64,000 nucleotides of DNA. Source: Candidatus Heimdallarchaeota archaeon. Lineage in GTDB: Archaea; Asgardarchaeota; Heimdallarchaeia; JABLTI01. Position 1 is the stretch's first letter. Each line of letters opens with the position of its first letter. Both the position numbers and the translations under genes were made by a program. The notes below the pieces were generated by a model. The model searched no databases, had not been told where the DNA came from, and saw only the letters and a program-made list of their open reading frames with translations. Shown here piece after piece: positions 29,229 to 38,233 of the stretch. Where the stretch lies: contig JABCTZ010000019.1 in the NCBI GenBank assembly GCA_018238155.1, positions 32,001 to 96,000 on the forward strand, read 5' to 3'.

Positions 29229-29434
29229 TGGTCTAACACTCCAAAGAATCTAATCGCTATTTACAAAATAATTTGTAATACCAATTAGTAAACATCTGGT
29301 TCTTATGGTGAAAAGCAAAGATTATTGTTCTTTAATACTTTCGTATGTAGAGCTATTTTTAAAATGAAATAAAACGGTTAATTTCGAAATAAACGAATGA
29401 TTTTTGATGGTAAATTGATAATAATTATTTAAAG

Positions 29435-29893
29435 ATGGTTGATGCTATGCCCTCTGATAATCTTGATGATTTTATAAATGAAAACAAAGAAGACATAGAG
29501 GAAGGAGAAATTGATTTTTCTTCACTAACTTTGGAAGAAAAGGATGCACTCATTCTTGAGATGCAAACAGATGAAATGATGCAGAAGAAAAAAGAAGACA
29601 CTGCAACAGATTCCACATCAAAAGTTAGACAGAAACGAAGGCGTAGAAAACAAAAGAAATCATCAAATACAAATATTGCTCCTGGATTGGGTTGGGTAGC
29701 AATTAAAATGGGTTCAGCAATGACTTTTAGTTTGACCTTTGCTTTCTTAGGACCACTACTTATTTTTGTGGCTCTTTTCAAAGGATTTAGTGATAGATCG
29801 GTATATGATTGGTTTGATTTATTATGGGGCTGCATAGGAATCGGTTTAACAATTGCCGCATATTTCTTATTTAGATATATAATAAAAGACTAA
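29435..29893 (+). CDS. Hypothetical membrane protein
   Basis: Acidic N-terminus, basic RQKRRRRKQKK stretch, 2-3 C-terminal TM helices. Confidence 0.65.
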   Translation: MVDAMPSDNLDDFINENKEDIEEGEIDFSSLTLEEKDALILEMQTDEMMQKKKEDTATDSTSKVRQKRRRRKQKKSSNTNIAPGLGWVAIKMGSAMTFSLTFAFLGPLLIFVALFKGFSDRSVYDWFDLLWGCIGIGLTIAAYFLFRYIIKD

Positions 29894-29960
29894 TTAAATA
29901 CAACACAATCAAATAATTCGAAATTAGTGAAAAAAGCTATTCAGCATAAAAAAAAAGAAT

Positions 29961-30167
29961 TTATCCTCCTTTAAGGATAGGGAGAACAATAATTTCATCA
30001 TTTTTCTCAACAAATTGGTCGAGATTATCTACTCTTTCACAATTTATTAAAACAATATGACGTTCGATATCGCTGACACCTTCAGCTTCTAGAAATCCTC
30101 TCAACACAATCCTCTCTTCAGGTACATATTTCATTATACTACTTTTTATACGTCCAGTACCGCTCAT
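29961..30167 (-). CDS. Small MoaD/ThiS/SAMP-like ubiquitin-fold protein
   Basis: IVLIN..RV......V..NDEIIVLPILKGG with C-terminal GG. Confidence 0.8.
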   Translation of the reverse strand: MSGTGRIKSSIMKYVPEERIVLRGFLEAEGVSDIERHIVLINCERVDNLDQFVEKNDEIIVLPILKGG

Positions 30168-30333
30168 GAGTTGCCACCAGGATATAATAGATTAAATAAT
30201 AAATACTTAGAGATTGAATCTATATAGAATAGAGTCTATAATAATTTTTTCCTAAGTAGGAATTATCATTTAGAATAGAAAATGTTACTTTGAAGCAGAA
30301 ATTTTAAAAAAAAACAGCAAAAAATACCACTTT

Positions 30334-30921
30334 CTAAGTGGGTTTTGAAGTGGAAACTCTGGGAATATTACGATTAGCACGGCGGGTTTTTGTTGTAAGA
30401 ATTTGATCATGAATCCATTGAAATGCTTCGTAAATACCTAGACCAGTTTGTGCACTTGTATTTTGTACATGAATTGTTCTTTCAAACATTGTTGTGAGAT
30501 GAAAATTTTGAATAATATAGGCAAGAGAGCAGACATTATTCATATCTTGCTTAGTGGCTAAAATCAAAATGGGAATATTTGGTGTACAATAATTTTCTAC
30601 TGCTTCGTGGAAAATCTCTCTCGCTAAAGATAATCTTTGAATATCACTTGAATCAAGGACAAAAATGAGTATATCTGCTCGTTCAATATATCCTGGCCAA
30701 AACTGCCGGAAAATTTGTTGGCCTCCTAAATCCATTATTGAAAGTTCTAATTTACCTAGTTTCAATCTCTCAAAATTGACACCCATAGTAGCTAGACTTT
30801 CACTGGGCTCACCATTCTTCAAATAATTAAGAATTGATGTTTTTCCTGCATTATCTAACCCACACATAGCAATATTGACTTTTTTATCAAATTTTCTAAA
30901 CAATTTTGAAAGAATGCCCAT
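30334..30921 (-). CDS. Arf-family small GTPase
   Basis: GLDNAGKT (G1), TMGVN (G2), DLGGQ (G3), W..Y, TKQD (G4), TSAQTG.GI.E.F.W (G5); likely start MGILSKLFRKF at 30921. Confidence 0.92.
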   Translation of the reverse strand: MGILSKLFRKFDKKVNIAMCGLDNAGKTSILNYLKNGEPSESLATMGVNFERLKLGKLELSIMDLGGQQIFRQFWPGYIERADILIFVLDSSDIQRLSLAREIFHEAVENYCTPNIPILILATKQDMNNVCSLAYIIQNFHLTTMFERTIHVQNTSAQTGLGIYEAFQWIHDQILTTKTRRANRNIPRVSTSKPT

Positions 30922-31098
30922 TCTAAATTCATCCTGATCTTCCATTGATCAAATGTTTTCGGTTGCAATAAAAGATAAAAAAAATACCTTATAAACACCA
31001 CAAAAAATGACTTGTGGAATACAAAACTCGCATTACATGAATTAACATAAGGAAAAAGTAATGGTCCCATTATTTTGAGACCAAAGGAAAATTTCTCT

Positions 31099-32007
31099 CT
31101 ATTCAATTTCTGGAACGAATATTTTGAAAATTTCTTCAGATTCGCGACTTAGAACAATGTCCTCACGAGATTGAAACTTATCTCGAAGATTAAGGGGGAT
31201 TTGTAGTGCTCCAAAAGCATCAACAAAAACGGGTATTTTTTCCGGATTAACAAAACCTCTTCTTACACTGGTTATACGTCCATCAACTAATAACATTGTA
31301 CGGTAACCACGTGCCATTAATCGCCGGTCATGGGTAGCTAAAATCATGGTAATGCCAAGGTCTCTGTTAATTTTTTCAAGGAAATCAATGATTTTTTCGG
31401 ACGTTTGTGAATCTAATTCTCCTGTGGGCTCATCGAGAACGACTAGTTCTGGACTATTAGCCAGTGCCACAGCCAAAGAAATCCTTTGAATTTCTCCTCC
31501 TGAGAGCTGTGTAGGTTTATGATGAGCTCTATCCAGTAATTCAACTTCTTCAAGAAGTTCATGGGTGCGAGCCATTCTTTCTTCCCTGGGCATTCCGAGA
31601 ATTCTCATCGGCACTTGAATGTTTTGTGAAGCAGAAAGCTCCCAGATAAGATTCATTTGTGGAAGTTGCCAAACAACTCCAACACGTCTTTTTCTATAAT
31701 CAACCATTTTTGCACGAGAGAATTTTGCGATATCAGTGTCTCCTACTCTCACTAAACCTGCTGAAGGTAATAGATTTCCTGCAAGAATGTTGAGAAGAGT
31801 TGATTTACCTGAACCACTGGGTCCAACAACAAGTGAGATTTCCCCTTGAGCAATTTGCATTTCTAATCCGCGAAGTGCAGGAACTCTAACTCTGTTTTTT
31901 TCATCTGCATAGATTTTAATCAAATCTCTGCATTCAATGAATATCTTCTTTTCTCTCTCTTTGAGAGTGATGTTTTCTCCTTGTGCTTTTGGACTACTTG
32001 TACTCAT
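31099..32007 (-). CDS. LolD/MacB-like ABC ATPase with short C-terminal (AbrB-like) extension
   Basis: GPSGSGKST, LSGGEIQR, LDEPTGELD, THD; C-terminal VDAFGALQIP. Confidence 0.9.
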   Translation of the reverse strand: MSTSSPKAQGENITLKEREKKIFIECRDLIKIYADEKNRVRVPALRGLEMQIAQGEISLVVGPSGSGKSTLLNILAGNLLPSAGLVRVGDTDIAKFSRAKMVDYRKRRVGVVWQLPQMNLIWELSASQNIQVPMRILGMPREERMARTHELLEEVELLDRAHHKPTQLSGGEIQRISLAVALANSPELVVLDEPTGELDSQTSEKIIDFLEKINRDLGITMILATHDRRLMARGYRTMLLVDGRITSVRRGFVNPEKIPVFVDAFGALQIPLNLRDKFQSREDIVLSRESEEIFKIFVPEIE

Positions 32008-32235
32008 TTCTTATCCCACTTATTCAAGTGTTTTTTTCTTTTTAACTGTAATTATTAATCCATCAATATTCTATCCCTTATTTTGAGATATTTTTTTACT
32101 GTGTAAATATGTTTGATAGTTATTTTTTACGAATATGCTCTTGTTTTATACTTTATTTTTTTTCGAATCCGAGAGTGTCTATTTTTTCCCTTCGAATGAT
32201 TTTTGAATGGTAAATCTTCTAACATCTAGACTACT

Positions 32236-33144
32236 ATGCATCTTATTGTTTTAGGAAGTATAACCGAGGATGTTATTAAAACACCAAATGGTACTGAGCA
32301 AAGACATATTGGTGGAGTTCCTATTTATGCTGCTGCTACTGCCAAAGCTCTAGGAGAGAATATTGGCATTGTCTCTAAAGTTGGTACAGATTTTCCTATT
32401 AAAAATCTTAAAACAATCAATTCATTAGATGCTGATTTGAATGGTTTTATGATTTCCGGTCAAACTTCAATGCGGTTTGAAAATAAATACAAAGCATCTG
32501 GGAAAAGAACGCAAAAAGTACTTTCGTTTTCAGAGAAAATAACTTTCAAAGATATCCCTGAAATATATTATTCTGTACCATGTATTCACCTCGGTCCTGT
32601 TTTTAATGAGATTACTCCTCAATTAATTGATGAAGTTCGAGATATTTTTAAAATCGTTTCTTTAGATGGTCAAGGTTTTACAAGAAGTATAGATAAAGGC
32701 AATGGATCCATTGTTCTAAAACCTTGGTTAGATTACAAAGAATATTTCCCAAAATTAGATGTTTTGAAAGTAGATGATATTGAATTGAAAGGAATTACTG
32801 GGACAACTCGTCTTAAGGATGCCATTGATCTTGCACTCGCTACTGATCTGAAAACGTTAGTTATTACTCGAGCGCATAAAGGGGCGATTATCTACCATCT
32901 TAAGAAACGATATGATATACCTACTATTCAAACAGATGTTGTTGATGCGACAGGCGCAGGTGATGCCTTTATTATTGCATACCTTCTTGAGTATATTATT
33001 ACCAATGACTGTTATTATTCTGGACTGATTGCTGCTGCCGTAGCATCATTTACAATATCATTTTCTGGTCCTGAACCTCAATACACTCGAGATGATGTTA
33101 TTTCTAAATTGAAACAAACACAAACGAATTTTCAGTTGAAATAA
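32236..33144 (+). CDS. PfkB-family carbohydrate kinase
   Basis: GG...YAA, VG.DF, LDGQG, LK.D..E, DATGAGDAF. Confidence 0.92.
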   Translation: MHLIVLGSITEDVIKTPNGTEQRHIGGVPIYAAATAKALGENIGIVSKVGTDFPIKNLKTINSLDADLNGFMISGQTSMRFENKYKASGKRTQKVLSFSEKITFKDIPEIYYSVPCIHLGPVFNEITPQLIDEVRDIFKIVSLDGQGFTRSIDKGNGSIVLKPWLDYKEYFPKLDVLKVDDIELKGITGTTRLKDAIDLALATDLKTLVITRAHKGAIIYHLKKRYDIPTIQTDVVDATGAGDAFIIAYLLEYIITNDCYYSGLIAAAVASFTISFSGPEPQYTRDDVISKLKQTQTNFQLK

Positions 33145-33241
33145 TTGCCTTTGTTACCATTATTGTTATATGTTTATTTAGCTATCTTTTTCAAAGAGTT
33201 CTACTCAATGAAAACTAACACAAACGTTTAGGTGTACAATT

Positions 33242-34207
33242 ATGAGTGAAGATTACGATTATCGATTAGAAGATCCCAGTGTTGAACGTATTGATGAATT
33301 TGTTGATACAAAGATTCTTCTAGCAAAATCAAATGTGTCTGATGCAGAAGCTGATACCTTATTCAATAAAGAAAAGGCGGATGTTTTCAAAGGTATTTTC
33401 AAGCGACCAAAATCAAATGAAGTAGTTATTAAAAAAATAACTAAGGGGCTTGAACCATATTTAGTTATAGGTGGACGATATGAAATTCGCTATCTCACTG
33501 AAAGAACATATGATGTTGATTTGTTAGACGATGCAGTTTCAGTCTTTATTTTAGGCGAAGAACTTACAGTTGAAAAAAGTGAAGAAGAAGAAACCGAAGT
33601 TGAAATTAAATCAGAAAAGAAGAAAGGTTTCTTTGATGGACTTTTCAGCAGTGGAAAAAAGAAACCAGCTTCAAAACCCGAGCTTCAAATAAAAGGAATT
33701 GAACATATTTTCTCTGAGAGTGAAATCATGGAAGCAAGGAATTATGCCGGGATTTCAATTAACCCCGAAAACTTAGAAGAAGCTGATTTTACTGATATGG
33801 GTTTACCTTTCTTAAAAGGTGAAGGATCAGTTGTACCAAAAGAATATATCGATATGGACAAATTCATTGCTGAATTAATAGAAGAATTTGCTACTAGACC
33901 AGAACATGCACAAAGAGTTCTTTTTGAAAAACTAGCTTTAACTGATAAGAAAATATACTTTTATCCAGTTTACTGGGCTGAAATGATTTACAAAGATAAA
34001 GATACAAAAAATGTTCGATTAGATGCAGTTACTAAGAAAATCGTTGCTCCAAAAGGAAAACGCTTTGCCCCTCCAATGGATGGATCTTTCTCTCATATTG
34101 AAGAGAGTAGTATAGTAGATGATGGAACAAAAACTTGCCCTGGTTGTGGCGTCGAAATTGATGATGAAATCACTTTTTGTCCAGATTGTGGTGTAAAAGT
34201 AACCTAA
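33242..34207 (+). CDS. Hypothetical protein with C-terminal zinc ribbon
   Basis: Acidic 321-aa ORF ending CPGCG...FCPDCG. Confidence 0.7.
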   Translation: MSEDYDYRLEDPSVERIDEFVDTKILLAKSNVSDAEADTLFNKEKADVFKGIFKRPKSNEVVIKKITKGLEPYLVIGGRYEIRYLTERTYDVDLLDDAVSVFILGEELTVEKSEEEETEVEIKSEKKKGFFDGLFSSGKKKPASKPELQIKGIEHIFSESEIMEARNYAGISINPENLEEADFTDMGLPFLKGEGSVVPKEYIDMDKFIAELIEEFATRPEHAQRVLFEKLALTDKKIYFYPVYWAEMIYKDKDTKNVRLDAVTKKIVAPKGKRFAPPMDGSFSHIEESSIVDDGTKTCPGCGVEIDDEITFCPDCGVKVT

Positions 34208-34270
34208 TTCAATTGTAACATGTTTTATTTTATCGCCCTTTTCTGGGGTAATAAAATATTCCTTTATTTT

Positions 34271-34745
34271 TCAACTCTTTACCTCTAATTCTACAACACC
34301 AACTTTTTCATATAGTTTGAGCATTTTGTATAGATACTGAATACTAGTTTTCCCAATATCACATTTTATTAGCTCAGCAATTTCATCTAGTGTTCTCTTC
34401 CCATCAATCCAAAAAACACCTTATGTAAGAACTGCGTGCATATCTTTATGCTCTTTATCTATTTCTTTCATCTTTTCGAAATCATCTAATGATAGGTCAC
34501 TTAAGCTGAGACCCGTGATTGGTCCTCTAAAAACTCGTTTTGGAATTATTTCCTTAATCTTTTCTTTTTCTAATTTTCTTTGTTTTTCTTTTAGCTTTGG
34601 TTGTATATTCAATGCCAGAATGATAATATCTATCGGACCATTGTATGAACATTGGTGTTCCAATGCCTATGTCTGGATCTCCTAATACTATATGATCTGA
34701 TCCTCCCGAAAATGGTTGATCATTGGCAAATTTGAATAGAGCAGT
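34271..34745 (-). pseudogene. Decayed paralog of DUF4910/M28 aminopeptidase (3' remnant)
   Basis: Manual translation: ALFKFANDQPFSGGSDHIVLGDPDIGIGTPMFIQWSDRYYHSG / frameshift + deletion / LNIQPK...IIPKRVFRGPITGL...HKDMHAVLT*GVFWIDGKRTLDEIAELIK...YEKVGVVELEVKS*. It is collinear with the C-terminal half of 42112-44220. Confidence 0.9.
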
Positions 34746-34921
34746 TACCCAGCTTACAGGCAGAGAAGGAATTTGAACAACTAAAGAAGAAAGCTTACTT
34801 ACTCATTAAAGAAGTATATAGGAATGAATTGGTGAGAATAGCCCGTTTGGATCTCTATGCTTACAAGAAGGAACATAGCTCTGGATTCTACTATCAGATT
34901 GATTTAGATGGAGGATTGTGA
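34736..34921 (+). pseudogene. Start-less 3' fragment of an island ORF
   Basis: Open frame IEQLPSLQAEKEFEQLKKKAYLLIKEVYRNELVRIARLDLYAYKKEHSSGFYYQIDLDGGL* after TGA 34733-34735; no ATG; its end supplies the GGAGG site for 34928. Confidence 0.55.
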
Positions 34922-34927
34922 GTTAGA

Positions 34928-35458
34928 ATGACAACAATAACACAAGAACAACAGGAACAAGAAGAACAAACAAAACTTGTTACCATTATTCCAGACAAGA
35001 AATTAGACTTACTGACAGTAACATTCTCACAAAACCTCGTCATTGCTGATGACCTTTTCAAAGAAGTGGCAGCATTTTTACCAATATTTGATCAAGACAG
35101 CGATTATAAAATAGTGCTCTCTCTCGAGAGATTTATTGAGTTCATTAAGAAGGAATCAATCCTACCAATTCTTACAAGAGCAGTAGAGGAGTTACAATTA
35201 GAATTCATTGAATATGCTTGGAACTACATTTTGCGAGTAGTAGACCAAGAATTATCACCAATCTATGAAAACATACAACGGTTAATGGTCGAAGGCAAAC
35301 TAACTTTTGAGCAAGAACAACAAGAATTACAGACTTTAGAAAAAATGACTGAAGCAGTAATAGAACGAAAATGTCTCTGGGACATCAGTTTACACACAGT
35401 AGAACGAGCCAACGAATACGAACAAGAACAAAAACAATTGGAGGAAAAGAACAAATGA
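34928..35458 (+). CDS. Hypothetical acidic helical protein (island)
   Basis: 176-aa ORF with GGAGG upstream; its stop overlaps the next ATG. Confidence 0.75.
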   Translation: MTTITQEQQEQEEQTKLVTIIPDKKLDLLTVTFSQNLVIADDLFKEVAAFLPIFDQDSDYKIVLSLERFIEFIKKESILPILTRAVEELQLEFIEYAWNYILRVVDQELSPIYENIQRLMVEGKLTFEQEQQELQTLEKMTEAVIERKCLWDISLHTVERANEYEQEQKQLEEKNK

Positions 35459-35901
35459 CAGACAAAGAATTCTTCCAACTTGATCCAGAAGCACTATTGA
35501 AGAAGTATCAAGCATTACAAAAAAAGAGAACGAGGGTAATAATTCCCTCAAACGTCAATATTCGTTCAATGTTCAAAAATGAACACAAAGATTACTATCA
35601 AAGTTATCTGGAAAGCTTCTATCAAGAAGATCTCAATGAATGGTATCCTGTGAAATCTTGTCTCTTTCCAGACCAAGAACCTCGTGACTTAGACCACTTT
35701 GACGAAGGACACTTTGACCAACCATCCCCGGATATTTATTCACAAGTGAAATCGGAAATTATCCGGGAGAAAGTATCCGAATTACTACATCTATTCGTTG
35801 ATTTCTATACACAAACGATGTTAGACTCGTTCGATAATTTAGTTGACGAGATCATTGCCTTGTTTATGATGAAAATATTTTGGGAGGTAACAAAGAGATG
35901 A
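35455..35901 (+). CDS. Hypothetical protein (island)
   Basis: Start MTDKEFF at the ATGA overlap 35455-35458, GGAGG upstream. Confidence 0.75.
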   Translation: MTDKEFFQLDPEALLKKYQALQKKRTRVIIPSNVNIRSMFKNEHKDYYQSYLESFYQEDLNEWYPVKSCLFPDQEPRDLDHFDEGHFDQPSPDIYSQVKSEIIREKVSELLHLFVDFYTQTMLDSFDNLVDEIIALFMMKIFWEVTKR

Positions 35902-36668
35902 CAGAAACATTTAGATTAGCTGTTGGATTAGATTTACAATCCTATGTTCTCATTTTCTGTATTGTTGTTGTAGGAGTGGCTCTTTGTATCTTCCTATTCG
36001 TTTCGATCCTCTATTATATCCAAAAAGTCAGTGAGAAGAAAAACAAGGTTCACCAGGACAAATCTATTACTTTGAAAAATGAAATCATTAAACAAACGAT
36101 GACTTTAGAAGAGATGAATGAGAGATTAGCAATATTACAACCAGAGGATTCATTCAATAGAACAATTACTTTGCTTGGTCAGATCATGCCCGACTTCTTG
36201 CGATATTTGAAAATTCGTCCTTTCAATAATTCAGAAGCAAATGACTATTACTATGTCTACTTACAAATCCTCAACCTCTGCATAAACATTATTCCATTGA
36301 GAAGTAAAGTTGATTACAAATCATTCGTTAAAGAATATCAGAAAGAATTACAGCTGATTAACAAGCGTTTCAGAGAAATAGCAAGTCATGAGTGGCTTCG
36401 AGATATGGATGTATGTCTATTTGAAATATACCGATTCGTGTCTCAAAATCAAACGGAAATGGTAGACCTACGAACAGTGCAATTCTTGCTAAATAACAAT
36501 CAGGATCTAATTATTAATCATGTGGATGACAAGACTTTCTATCATCTATCTAAAAAAGATTATAATCAATTTGGAGTAGAACTAAGAGGAGAATTCTTCG
36601 AAAAGAATTACTTTACAGAGAAAAGAGTATTCTATAAGAAGAAAGACCGTTCAGAGTTCTACCATTAA
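35898..36668 (+). CDS. Hypothetical single-pass membrane protein (island)
   Basis: Start MTETFRL at the ATGA overlap 35898-35901, GGAGGT upstream; N-terminal TM followed by a coiled coil. Confidence 0.75.
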   Translation: MTETFRLAVGLDLQSYVLIFCIVVVGVALCIFLFVSILYYIQKVSEKKNKVHQDKSITLKNEIIKQTMTLEEMNERLAILQPEDSFNRTITLLGQIMPDFLRYLKIRPFNNSEANDYYYVYLQILNLCINIIPLRSKVDYKSFVKEYQKELQLINKRFREIASHEWLRDMDVCLFEIYRFVSQNQTEMVDLRTVQFLLNNNQDLIINHVDDKTFYHLSKKDYNQFGVELRGEFFEKNYFTEKRVFYKKKDRSEFYH

Positions 36669-36920
36669 TTTTTCTTTTTTTAGTTTAGATTCTTCATTGA
36701 AGGAGGTTCAATAAGTTGCAGTGGGTAACAATTACTTGTGATAAATCTGAAAGGATTGTCTCCATTGTTTTCGCAGAGAATCTTGATCCCTTCCTTTCTC
36801 GTTGCCTTTTTATGTTCCTTTCTCTATTTTCTGGTAGGTAATGCTTATGACTAAAACTAATGTTCATGACCTTGTCCACGAGTTAGCGAAAGAAAAAACC
36901 GGAACTTATAAGAAAGAAAC

Positions 36921-37046
36921 ATGGGAGTACTGCTAACTGAATTTAAAAAACATCACAAGAAAACAATAGATAAGAATTTGGTTAAGGAATTGAATTATAT
37001 AAGAAAACACATTAGAAATCCTTTAGTTCATCCAGAAATTTACTAA
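36921..37046 (+). pseudogene. HEPN-motif fragment
   Basis: MGVLLTEFKKHHKKTIDKNLVKELNYIRKHIRNPLVHPEIY*, containing R-x4-H (RNPLVH); upstream frame is closed. Confidence 0.5.
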
Positions 37047-37051
37047 TAAAA

Positions 37052-37083
37052 AGAAATAAGGGAAATAAATTCCCTATTTTTCT
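37052..37083. terminator. Stem-loop between convergent island ORFs
   Basis: AGAAATAAGGGAA-ATAAA-TTCCCTATTTTTCT imperfect inverted repeat. Confidence 0.45.
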
Positions 37084-37111
37084 ATAATATACGGTGGTTT
37101 TTTTTAAATTA

Positions 37112-38044
37112 CTAATTAAACCACGTATAGGATGAATAGTCTTCTTTCTGTGGATATGATGGCCAATCATCCTCAGCGTCATCAAAGTTCACTTTAGCAG
37201 CATTAAAAGCCGCTACAGCAGTATATCCATAATCAACCCAGTAAAAGAAGTCATGTGAAAACCTGCCTTCCATGCCATCACCATAATCATGTCTATAAGA
37301 ATAATTATCCGTATCCGAGGAAGACATGACTAAATAAGGTGTTTCATCAAAATCCTCAGGCCAGCCACCAGATTTACACGAATCGACAAAAAGGAACACC
37401 CTTTCTGCTTCCCAATCGTCTAAGTAACCCTTGAATTCCTCTGAAGTTATATTTTGAGTTTCCATATTATCAAAATCAGTAATTGAATTTCCTCCTGAAT
37501 AGTCTCCGTGTCCCATAACATACACAAATATTGTATCCAAAAAAATTACATAATCAGCTATATCTTCACACTTTCCTTCAACATCATCACAATCAGCAAT
37601 TATTTCGACTATAAATCCTTCATTTTCCAATATCCCTTCATATCGTTCCATAGGACCTTGGTCTGCTGCATTATTTGCATAGAAAAGGTAGGCTAATTTA
37701 TAAGCATCAGCCGTCAATTCGAAATCGTATGTTCCTCCAGTAGTAACAGATTCAATCTCTGTATCAAAACGTTCTCCTCTCATAACATAAAGATAATACG
37801 GTGAATAACCACTAAGAGTTGCAGTGAAGCTGTATTGACCATTGCTATCGGTAGTGTCAGCCCCAAGTATATTTAAAAGGCTGTCATAAAGTACAACACC
37901 AGCACCACTTATTGGAATCTCAGATGGGGTCTCAACTGTACCCTGAAAGGTTTTTAAGCCTTGTACTGCAACAAAAGGTGTAGTAATTCCAACTATAATT
38001 AAGACTATCATAAAAAGACTAATTTCTTTTTTCAATTTTACCAT
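37112..38044 (-). CDS. Secreted clan CD (caspase/legumain-like) cysteine peptidase with N-terminal carboxypeptidase-regulatory-like beta-sandwich
   Basis: Signal peptide, PISGAGV.L...TTDSNGQYSF domain, His-Cys dyad motifs FVYVMGHG and LFVDSCKSGG; start 38044 behind AGGAGG. Confidence 0.8.
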   Translation of the reverse strand: MVKLKKEISLFMIVLIIVGITTPFVAVQGLKTFQGTVETPSEIPISGAGVVLYDSLLNILGADTTDSNGQYSFTATLSGYSPYYLYVMRGERFDTEIESVTTGGTYDFELTADAYKLAYLFYANNAADQGPMERYEGILENEGFIVEIIADCDDVEGKCEDIADYVIFLDTIFVYVMGHGDYSGGNSITDFDNMETQNITSEEFKGYLDDWEAERVFLFVDSCKSGGWPEDFDETPYLVMSSSDTDNYSYRHDYGDGMEGRFSHDFFYWVDYGYTAVAAFNAAKVNFDDAEDDWPSYPQKEDYSSYTWFN

Positions 38045-38233
38045 TAACTCTCCTCCTTGATTTATCAAAAATAAATAATGGTTGATTATAATCTGTTTTT
38101 TAAAATTTTAAATCTATTGCATTAAAATTGCGAAAATATCTAATGTAAGAATTAAAATGATCTAAATTATCAATTATATTATTGTTTATAGAAAGTGTTT
38201 TCATTTTTTAGGTAATACAAAGATCATAAGTAG

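Noticed and set aside
34421-34663. 80-aa ORF as an independent gene
   Set aside because: It is a chimeric frame within the peptidase pseudogene; homology continues past its stop and upstream in another frame.
36694-36879. 61-aa minus-strand ORF
   Set aside because: No motif or SD site; it lies in a degraded intergenic patch and cannot be supported.
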